Below are positions 56,994 through 64,000 of a DNA stretch of 64,000 nt, in pieces; the first letter of the stretch is position 1, and each line of letters starts with the position of its first letter. The stretch covers positions 3,424,001 to 3,488,000 of the forward strand of contig OY761159.2 in NCBI GenBank assembly GCA_963664395.2, given 5' to 3'. This stretch comes from Candidatus Binatia bacterium. GTDB taxonomy: Bacteria > Desulfobacterota > Binatia > Bin18. The notes under the pieces are model-generated. The model was not told where the DNA came from. It worked only from the letters and a program-made list of their open reading frames with translations, and did not search any database. Both the position numbers and the translations under genes were made by a program.

Positions 56994-58139
56994 ATGAACA
57001 TTCGGGATAAGGTGGCAGTGATTGGTGCCGGCTGTAGTAAGTTTGGTGAGAACTACGACAAAAGCGCCGAAGACATGATTGTCGAGGCAGCCCTTGAGGC
57101 ATACAAGGACGCGGGCATTGATCCGAGTCAGATTCAAGCCGCCTGGGTTGGGACGCTCAGCTCGGCCAGTGCCGGAAACGCCTTGGCCGACCCGCTCAAA
57201 CTGTTCAATATTCCGATTACCCGCGTAGAAAACTACTGCGCCTCCGGCATGGATGCGTTCCGTAATGCGTGCATGGCAGTTGCCTCCGGGATGTATGATG
57301 TGGTTTTGGTACTGGGTTTTGAGAAGCTGCGTGACTCCGGTCAGCGCGGTCTGGGGACGTTTGGCTCCCATCCGGTTGTGGGCTATGGCACAACGGCCCC
57401 GTCGCTGTTTGCCATGGCAGCTACCCGCTACTTTGAGACGTATGGCATTGATAAGACCGCCTTGGCCAAAGTCGCAATAAAGAATCATCATAACGGGACG
57501 ATGAGCCCCAAGGCCCACTTTCGGATGGAAGTGTCGGAAGATCAAGTCGTCAATGCTCCCCTGATTTGTAGCCCCTTAGGTCTGCTTGACTGCTGCCCGA
57601 CTACGGACGGTGCGGCGGCGGTGATCATCTGCAAGGAAGCACTCGCCAAGTCTTTCCGACCCGACTCGCTGAAAGTAAAGGGGGTCGGTCTCTCCGTCAC
57701 CTCGGGTGAGCCGTATATGAAACCGAGCTTCGCCTACACCGGCTTTCCGGCCACCGCGCAGGCGGCCCAATCGGCCTATGAGCAAGCTGGCATGACGGCC
57801 AAGGATATGGATCTGGTTGAATGCCATGACTGCTTTACCATCACCGAGATCCTGAATTATGAAGACTTGGGCCTGTGTGAAAAGGGTGAAGGCTGGCGCT
57901 ATGTGGCCGAAGGCCGCGCCGACATTGATGGGGGAGCGGTTCCCGTGAACCCGTCCGGTGGGTTGAAATCGTTTGGCCATCCTATTGGGGCAACTGGCAT
58001 TCGCATGATTTACGAAGTATCTCAGCATTTGTGGGATAAAGCTGGTGATCGACAAGTCAAGGATGCTGAAGTTGGTTTGGCACACAACCTGGGTGGTCCG
58101 GGTTCGGTCGGCTGTGTGACCATTTTGGCGAATAGCTAA
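56994..58139 (+). CDS. SCP2-type thiolase family protein
   Basis: VENYCASG, KNHHNG, DGAAA, ECHDCFT, NPSGGLKSFGHPIGATG, HNLGG. Confidence 0.92.
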   Translation: MNIRDKVAVIGAGCSKFGENYDKSAEDMIVEAALEAYKDAGIDPSQIQAAWVGTLSSASAGNALADPLKLFNIPITRVENYCASGMDAFRNACMAVASGMYDVVLVLGFEKLRDSGQRGLGTFGSHPVVGYGTTAPSLFAMAATRYFETYGIDKTALAKVAIKNHHNGTMSPKAHFRMEVSEDQVVNAPLICSPLGLLDCCPTTDGAAAVIICKEALAKSFRPDSLKVKGVGLSVTSGEPYMKPSFAYTGFPATAQAAQSAYEQAGMTAKDMDLVECHDCFTITEILNYEDLGLCEKGEGWRYVAEGRADIDGGAVPVNPSGGLKSFGHPIGATGIRMIYEVSQHLWDKAGDRQVKDAEVGLAHNLGGPGSVGCVTILANS

Positions 58140-58158
58140 ATCAAACGTAAACAGTAGG

Positions 58159-58197
58159 GAACGAGGACTGGGAGCCACTCAGTCCTCGTTCTTTTTT
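58159..58197 (+). terminator. intrinsic terminator
   Basis: GAACGAGGACTG-loop-CAGTCCTCGTTC followed by TTTTTT. Confidence 0.8.
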
Positions 58198-58208
58198 GTG
58201 GGGGCTGC

Positions 58209-59330
58209 ATGGATTTTGGTTTTAGTGAAGAGCAGGGTCTGCTGCGTCAATCAGCCGCAGACTTTTTACGCAACGAGTGTCCCATGTCCTATGTCCGCCA
58301 AATGATGGAGGACGAGCGGGGCTATGCGGATGAGGTGTGGAACAAGATGGCCGAGCTGGGCTGGATGGGGCTGATTGCGCCGGAAGAATACGGTGGCGCC
58401 GGGCTGTCCCTGGTTGATCTGGTCGTTGTGCTGGAAGAGATGGGCAAAGTCCTTCTGCCGGGACCCTTCTTTTCGAGTGTTGCGCTGGGTGGGCTGTGTG
58501 TGCAGGCGGCTGGGAGTGAAGAGCAGAAAAAGACACTGCTGTCCGGTATGGCCTCTGGGCACACCAAGCTGACCGTGGCCCTGCTCGAAGAAAATGCGCG
58601 CTGGGATGAGGCCGGCGTCAACCTCAGCGCGGAGAAGGACGGCAGTGGGTATGTGTTGAATGGGCTGAAATTATTTGTGTCTGATGCCCATGTTGTCGAT
58701 CACATCATCTGTGCCGCGCGAACGTCTGAAGGCGTGACGCTGTTTCTGCTTGACCGTCAACAGGCCGGCCTTGGAACGCGCCTGCTGAAAACCATGGATC
58801 AGACGCGTAGGTTGTGTGAAGTGACCCTGGAAAACGTGCACGTCGGCACTGAAGCTCTGCTGGGAGAGTCCGGACAAGGCTGGGATTTCTTGTCTCGGGT
58901 CATGAATCAGAGCAAAGTGGCCCTGAGCGCCGAAATGTGTGGAGGCGCACAACAGGTGCTGGACATGAGTGTGGAATACGCCAAAGTGCGCGAGCAGTTT
59001 GGTCGCCCGATTGGGTCGTTTCAAGCCATCCAGCATAAATGCGCCGATATGCTGGTGCAGGTCGAGGGGGCAAAGTCGGCCACGTATTACGCCGCCTGGG
59101 CCGTCTCACAGGATACGCCCGATGCAGCGCTTGCCGCTGCCATGGCCAAAGCGTATTGCAGCGATGCCTACCGTAAGGTGACGAGTGAAGGGATACAGGT
59201 CCACGGCGGCATTGGTTTTACCTGGGAGCATGACATGCATCTGTATTTCAAGCGCGCCAAGGGCTCAGAGGTGACCTTTGGCGATGCGACCTGGAATCGT
59301 GAATTAGTGGCGCAGCATACGCTGGATTAG
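58209..59330 (+). CDS. acyl-CoA dehydrogenase family protein (FadE27-like short chain)
   Basis: MDFGFSEEQ, EEYGGAG, REQFGRPIGSFQAIQHK, QVHGGIGFTWEHD. Confidence 0.92.
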   Translation: MDFGFSEEQGLLRQSAADFLRNECPMSYVRQMMEDERGYADEVWNKMAELGWMGLIAPEEYGGAGLSLVDLVVVLEEMGKVLLPGPFFSSVALGGLCVQAAGSEEQKKTLLSGMASGHTKLTVALLEENARWDEAGVNLSAEKDGSGYVLNGLKLFVSDAHVVDHIICAARTSEGVTLFLLDRQQAGLGTRLLKTMDQTRRLCEVTLENVHVGTEALLGESGQGWDFLSRVMNQSKVALSAEMCGGAQQVLDMSVEYAKVREQFGRPIGSFQAIQHKCADMLVQVEGAKSATYYAAWAVSQDTPDAALAAAMAKAYCSDAYRKVTSEGIQVHGGIGFTWEHDMHLYFKRAKGSEVTFGDATWNRELVAQHTLD

Positions 59331-59364
59331 GAGCATTTGGCCAACCCTCAGCGACTCACCGGTA

Positions 59365-59562
59365 TCAACTGGAGAACAGGAATTGCAGACAGACCATTCC
59401 CGTTAAGCTCAAAACGAAAAAGAGCAACATTCCGCCTAAGAGCGCCAGCGGCCGGAGCGGCTTGCGCGAGGGAAACCAGCGACGGCCGGCAAGGAGCAAC
59501 CACAGGCTGAAGATCCACACGATGCATAGAACAATACCGATTATGTGAGACACAAGAGGCAT
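59365..59562 (-). CDS. small two-TM membrane protein
   Basis: Two hydrophobic helices separated by a basic loop; no family recognised. Confidence 0.45.
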   Translation of the reverse strand: MPLVSHIIGIVLCIVWIFSLWLLLAGRRWFPSRKPLRPLALLGGMLLFFVLSLTGMVCLQFLFSS

Positions 59563-59691
59563 GGAGGTGGCAGCATATACCGACAGCGAACGCTACGGCA
59601 ACGAACCTGAAGCGAGACTGAAGTACTGTTGCTGAAAAAGCGCCGGAGCGAATCGGCAGAAGGGCGAACCGAGCGTTCGGACTTGGTGCGA

Positions 59692-59720
59692 TTGCGTTGC
59701 ATTGTGACTGGTTTCATAAT
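59692..59720 (+). promoter_or_regulatory. candidate sigma70 promoter of yceD-rpmF-fab operon
   Basis: TTGCGT-N17-CATAAT, 27 nt before a GGAGG-led GTG start. Confidence 0.45.
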
Positions 59721-59747
59721 ATAGATTTCCACTCAGGGAGGTGAAGC

Positions 59748-60335
59748 GTGCAAATCCTCGTTGAAAATATTGTCTCGTCTCCGACCGAAGTACAGTTTCA
59801 TGAGGATGCTCAGACGCTGAATCGATTCCTGAGCCACCGCCCAGGGCGGGATGGGGGCGAATATCAGTTGACGAGTCCATTACAGGTTGGCATGCACTAT
59901 ATGCGTTCCGGTGAAGACCTCTTGTTTTATGGTATGCTGAGTGGTGACCTCGCTGGGCAGTGCGCCCGTTGTCTCGACGAATTTCCGCTGTCGTTGAGTC
60001 GTCCCTTCTCATGTGTGCTGCTGCCTGCCCGTCCGTCAAGTTCTCTCGGCCGCGAAATGGAACTGAACCAAGAAGACTTGGCCGCGAGCTTTTATAGCGG
60101 GGGTAGTGTTGATGTGTCGCTCTTGGTTCGGGAGCAGTTTTTCTTATCACTGCCGAGTCGCCCGCTGTGTCAGGAGACGTGCAAGGGGTTGTGTGAGCAG
60201 TGTGGGGTGAATCTCAACGGTGAGACATGCCCCTGCCGCCCTCTGTGGACAGACCGCCGTCTCGCCGTCCTGGCTCCCTTACGCCTGCCCACGCAGAGGT
60301 CGTCTTCTCAGAAGACAGCAAAAGCCCACTCGTAG
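59748..60335 (+). CDS. yceD: DUF177/YceD family protein
   Basis: CARCL, LSLP..PLC.E.CKGLC.QCG.NLN...C.C, D.RLA.L; upstream of rpmF. Confidence 0.9.
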   Translation: MQILVENIVSSPTEVQFHEDAQTLNRFLSHRPGRDGGEYQLTSPLQVGMHYMRSGEDLLFYGMLSGDLAGQCARCLDEFPLSLSRPFSCVLLPARPSSSLGREMELNQEDLAASFYSGGSVDVSLLVREQFFLSLPSRPLCQETCKGLCEQCGVNLNGETCPCRPLWTDRRLAVLAPLRLPTQRSSSQKTAKAHS

Positions 60336-60363
60336 TTTGTATTTGTATATTAAGGAAGAAGCT

Positions 60364-60546
60364 ATGGCTGTACCAAAACGTAAAACGTCAAAGTCAAAAC
60401 GTAACCAACGTCGTTCTCACCACGCTCTTGTCGCCCCGCAGTGGTCAACCTGTGCCCAATGCGGAGACCCTGTGCTGCCGCACCGCATCTGTGGGGTCTG
60501 TGGCTATTACCGAGGGCGGCAAGTGATTACAATTGAAGAAGAGTAA
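60364..60546 (+). CDS. rpmF: 50S ribosomal protein L32 (Zn-ribbon form)
   Basis: [19 protein letters not shown]...CAQCG...[14 protein letters not shown]. Confidence 0.96.
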   Translation: MAVPKRKTSKSKRNQRRSHHALVAPQWSTCAQCGDPVLPHRICGVCGYYRGRQVITIEEE

Positions 60547-60714
60547 GGTCGTCCGGCTTACGCGTGTGGTGAATCTGATGAAGCCGTATTGCGCGGAGGA
60601 TGTCCAGGCCGCAGCAGCCGTCTGCGGCTACTACGGGCGTGACCTGCCCGGCGCCTCAACTGGATCGCCACCGCCAGCAGGAACTCTGATAAGAACGGCT
60701 GTGAGTGGCCGACT

Positions 60715-61893
60715 ATGTATATCGCGCTAGATGCTATGGGGGGAGATCTTGCTCCCCAGGCCGTTGTGGCAGGGGCCGTCCAAGCCGCCCACGAGTACGG
60801 CGTCTCACTCCTCTTGGTTGGTGATCAAGAAAAGATCCGACAGGAGTTGAGCCGGAACGGGCAGCGAGAGTCCTCTCAGCTTGCCATCCAGCATGCGAGC
60901 GAAGTCATTGAGATGGGAGATTCTCCTGTCGCGGCCCTCCGGCGTAAACGTGACTCATCATTGCGTGTGGCCTTTACCCACGTCAAAGCGGGTAAGGCTG
61001 GCGCTGTCGTGAGTGCGGGGAATTCGGGCGCTGTCCTTGGTCTTGCGGTCACCATGCTGGGCTGCCTGCCCGACGTGGACCGCCCGGCTATTTTGACCGT
61101 TGTTCCGGCCTTAACCGGCCGCACCTGCTTGGTTGACGCCGGGGCCAATGTTGAGTGTAAACCTTTGCACTTGGTGCAATTCGCGATTATGGGCGAAGTC
61201 TACGCCCGAGTCGTGCGTGGCATTGAGAGTCCGAGTGTCGGGGTCCTGAGTAACGGCAAGGAAGAGTCGAAAGGGACAGAAACAACGCGTGCAGCCCACG
61301 CCGTCCTCGAAGGGCTCCCTCTCAACTATATCGGTTATATTGAAGGCCGAGATCTGAATAGCGGCGAGGTCGACGTCGTGGTCACCGACGGATTTACCGG
61401 TAATATAGCGCTCAAGACGATGGAAGGGTTTTATGACTTCACTCAAGGCCAGCTCCGTTCCCTCTTCTCGTCGAGCTGGCGCGGGAACCTCGCCTTCCTG
61501 CTGCTCAAGCGTTCGTTTGCCGATTTGCGGGCACGCATTGATTACGACGAAGTCGGAGGCGCGCCACTGCTGGGAACGGACGGAGTGACCATTATCGCGC
61601 ATGGGTCGTCCTCACCCAAAGCGATCAAGAACGCTATTCGGGTTGCCCACGAATCGCTTCAGCGAGGAGTCAACCAGCACATCATAGAAAGCTTGCACGA
61701 TTTACCAGACACGGAAGCGCTCATCGCTGGGGATGGCCGCAGGCGCAAAATATGGTCGCAACTGCGCCGGAAATTCCGCTATACAAAAGATGCCGGAGAA
61801 GAGTCTGGAGCAACCGTCAAGCCTGACAAGACCGGCTCAGTCAATCAGATCGACACAAGGAATGAGACGGATCCGCCGGGGACTGCCGAATGA
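60715..61893 (+). CDS. plsX: phosphate acyltransferase
   Basis: IALDAMGGD, SAGNSGA, DRPA, DAGAN, EESKG, TDGFTGN, GGAPLLG, HGSS. Confidence 0.95.
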   Translation: MYIALDAMGGDLAPQAVVAGAVQAAHEYGVSLLLVGDQEKIRQELSRNGQRESSQLAIQHASEVIEMGDSPVAALRRKRDSSLRVAFTHVKAGKAGAVVSAGNSGAVLGLAVTMLGCLPDVDRPAILTVVPALTGRTCLVDAGANVECKPLHLVQFAIMGEVYARVVRGIESPSVGVLSNGKEESKGTETTRAAHAVLEGLPLNYIGYIEGRDLNSGEVDVVVTDGFTGNIALKTMEGFYDFTQGQLRSLFSSSWRGNLAFLLLKRSFADLRARIDYDEVGGAPLLGTDGVTIIAHGSSSPKAIKNAIRVAHESLQRGVNQHIIESLHDLPDTEALIAGDGRRRKIWSQLRRKFRYTKDAGEESGATVKPDKTGSVNQIDTRNETDPPGTAE

Positions 61894-62828
61894 GCCGTCC
61901 GCTGGCCTTTCTTTTCCCCGGGCAGGGGTCTCAGACTGTCGGTATGGGCCGGGCCTTGGTTGAGCGGTTCCCTGTGGCGGCTGAAGTGTTTGCCGAGGCT
62001 GATGCAGCACTGGGTTTCTCGTTGTCCAGGCTGTGTTTTGAGGGGCCGGAAGAAGACCTCGCCCTGACCCAAAACACCCAGCCGGCCATCGTCACAACTA
62101 GTGTTGCGGCCTGGCGTGTCTCGGTGCAGGAAGGTGATTTGCAGCCGGCCTGTGTTGCCGGCCATAGTTTGGGCGAGTATGCAGCCTTGGTCGCGGCTGG
62201 CGCGCTCGACTTCGCTGATGCGGTGCGTATCGTGCGAGAGCGTGGTCGCCTGATGCAGACGGCGGTGCCGCGAGGTGTAGGCGCAATGGCGGCACTGTTT
62301 GGCCTGTCTGAGCAGATTGTCGCAGAGGTGTGCGCTGAAGCGGCTCAAGGCGAAGTCGTCTCTCCGGCTAATCTCAATGGTGGCGGGCAAGTTGTGATAG
62401 CCGGTCATGCCGGAGCGGTTCAAAGAGCAGTGGTTGGTGCCAGGGACCGGGGGGCAAAACGAGCAGTCGAGCTTGCGGTCAGCGCGCCTTTCCATTGTGC
62501 GCTCATGGCACCAGCGGCCGAGGGGCTCGCGCGGGTCCTTGACTCGGTCGTCGTTCGCCCGCCGACGGTCGGCGTGATTGCGAATGTCACCGCAGAAGCC
62601 CACCGTGATGCCCGGCAGGTCAAAGACTTGCTGGTACGCCAAGTCACCGCTCCCGTCCGGTGGGAAGAGAGCATGCAGCGGGTGCGGGACCTCGGCTGTG
62701 CGGGGGCAGTGGAACTGGGAGCGGGGCGGGTGCTCAGTGGCTTGTTCAAACGCATTGATCGAAAATTCCGGTGCGTTTCAATCAGCGACCCCGACAGCTT
62801 GGCCATAAGCCTGGAGTCGTTGCACTAA
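61890..62828 (+). CDS. fabD: malonyl-CoA:ACP transacylase
   Basis: FPGQGSQ, TQPA, GHSLGEY, VSAPFHC, PVRW. Confidence 0.96.
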   Translation: MSRPLAFLFPGQGSQTVGMGRALVERFPVAAEVFAEADAALGFSLSRLCFEGPEEDLALTQNTQPAIVTTSVAAWRVSVQEGDLQPACVAGHSLGEYAALVAAGALDFADAVRIVRERGRLMQTAVPRGVGAMAALFGLSEQIVAEVCAEAAQGEVVSPANLNGGGQVVIAGHAGAVQRAVVGARDRGAKRAVELAVSAPFHCALMAPAAEGLARVLDSVVVRPPTVGVIANVTAEAHRDARQVKDLLVRQVTAPVRWEESMQRVRDLGCAGAVELGAGRVLSGLFKRIDRKFRCVSISDPDSLAISLESLH

Positions 62829-63595
62829 TGGGTTCAGACGCAGGCGGCTGTGCCTGTTTGGACGGACGCGTCGCCCTTGTGACCGGGGCCTCACGCGGTA
62901 TTGGCCGCGCGGTCGCGGAACGCCTGGCCCGAGACGGTGCGACTGTGGTGATTAACTATGTCCGGAATCAAGCAGCCGCTGAGGACGTGCTCGCCGGTAT
63001 TGAGGCCCAAGAGGGCCGGGCCGAAGTCTGTCAATTCGATATTGCAGACGGGGCTGCAGTCACAACAGCAACGCAAGCTATTCTTGAGCGTTGGGGAAAG
63101 ATCGACATTCTGGTCAATAATGCTGGAATGTCGATTGATACGCTCCTTGTACGGCTCAAGGAAGACGAGTGGGAAACGGTACTCAATACGAATTTGACCG
63201 GTGTCTTTCGTTGTACGAAGGCGGTCACGCGCTCCATGATGAAGCAGCGCTTTGGGCGTATCATTAATATGGCGTCAGTTGTCGCCCAAACGGGTAATGC
63301 TGGACAGGCGGCTTATTCAGCCGCAAAAGCCGGCATCATTGGTTTTACCAAGACGATGGCGAAAGAGCTCGCCTCACGCTCGATTACGGTGAATGCCGTC
63401 GCCCCAGGGTTTATTGAGACCGATATGACAAGGTCCTTGCCAGAAGAGGCAAAAACAGGATATCTGAGCCATATTCCCGCTGGCCGTTGGGGAACGGTCG
63501 AGGAAGTTGCCGACACGGTCGCGTTCTTGGCGAACCCCCGAGCGGGCTATATCACTGGGCAGGTTATTAATGTAAATGGCGGCCTGTATATGTAA
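62828..63595 (+). CDS. fabG: 3-oxoacyl-ACP reductase
   Basis: TGASRGIG, NNAG, GNAGQAAYSAAK, VAPGFIETDMT, VNGGLYM; TAATG coupling to fabD. Confidence 0.96.
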   Translation: MGSDAGGCACLDGRVALVTGASRGIGRAVAERLARDGATVVINYVRNQAAAEDVLAGIEAQEGRAEVCQFDIADGAAVTTATQAILERWGKIDILVNNAGMSIDTLLVRLKEDEWETVLNTNLTGVFRCTKAVTRSMMKQRFGRIINMASVVAQTGNAGQAAYSAAKAGIIGFTKTMAKELASRSITVNAVAPGFIETDMTRSLPEEAKTGYLSHIPAGRWGTVEEVADTVAFLANPRAGYITGQVINVNGGLYM

Positions 63596-63658
63596 CTGGA
63601 GTTGGTTCGGCCAACTCCTCAGATATCGCCGAGCGAAAAGAGAGAGGAGGTCCCGGCT

Positions 63659-64000
63659 ATGGCAGCAACTTTGACCGAGGCACGCGTCAAGGAACTTATC
63701 TGTGAAGAATTGGGAGCGAGTGAGGAAGAGGTTAAGCTGGCTTCTTCGTCTATCAAACTCCTTACCGAAGAGATTAGCGAAGATGTTCGTTCGCCCGAGA
63801 GACGCGTCAAAGAACTTATCTGTGAGAACTTAGGAGCGAGTGAGGAAGAGGTTAAGCTGGATTCTTCGTTTATCGAAGATCTTGGCGCAGACTCTCTGGA
63901 TATTGTCGAACTCGTGATGGCGCTGGAAGAAGAGTACGATACCGAAATCTCTGACGAACAGGCGGAAAAGATTCGGACGGTCCAGAACGTCATCGATCAT
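63659..64000 (+). CDS. acpP: acyl carrier protein with N-terminal internal duplication, runs off window
   Basis: Not in the ORF track. GAGGAGG RBS; [31 protein letters not shown]...[46 protein letters not shown]; DSL phosphopantetheine site. Confidence 0.93.
   Translation, partial: MAATLTEARVKELICEELGASEEEVKLASSSIKLLTEEISEDVRSPERRVKELICENLGASEEEVKLDSSFIEDLGADSLDIVELVMALEEEYDTEISDEQAEKIRTVQNVIDH

Overview
This is a 64-kb, GC-rich bacterial chromosome segment. Many LLM, Rieske and Mo-hydroxylase enzymes, DUF1329/DUF1302/YCF48 proteins, and Calx-beta and NHL-repeat proteins suggest a Binatota/deltaproteobacterial, possibly sponge-associated, organism; this is inference only. The core content is yfbR, hpt, hisS, pncB, ligA, aguBA-speA, sua5, monomeric icd, tupBCA with its regulator, and the yceD-rpmF-plsX-fabD-fabG-acpP operon. 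Accessory content: (i) a decayed IS1595-type island at about 0.7-4.1 kb; (ii) a putative pyridine/N-heterocycle catabolic cluster with two NicX-like dioxygenases at 6-16 kb; (iii) a sodium:solute symporter fused to two winged-HTH domains; (iv) two otherwise unrelated secreted proteins (matrixin-like and arylsulfotransferase/Calx-beta) that share a conserved ~133-aa C-terminal domain. Both genes in (iv) also have a covarying leader hairpin and an independent upstream insertion of the same ~243-bp MITE with clear TSDs; this is the best candidate for an undescribed system. Also present are two decayed TA loci, REP-like repeats (one translated inside TupC), an orphan MT-A70 methyltransferase, a PhlABC-like thiolase pair and an ACP with a 120-bp internal duplication. 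No tRNA, rRNA or CRISPR array was seen. All assignments come from reading motifs by eye; no searches were run.
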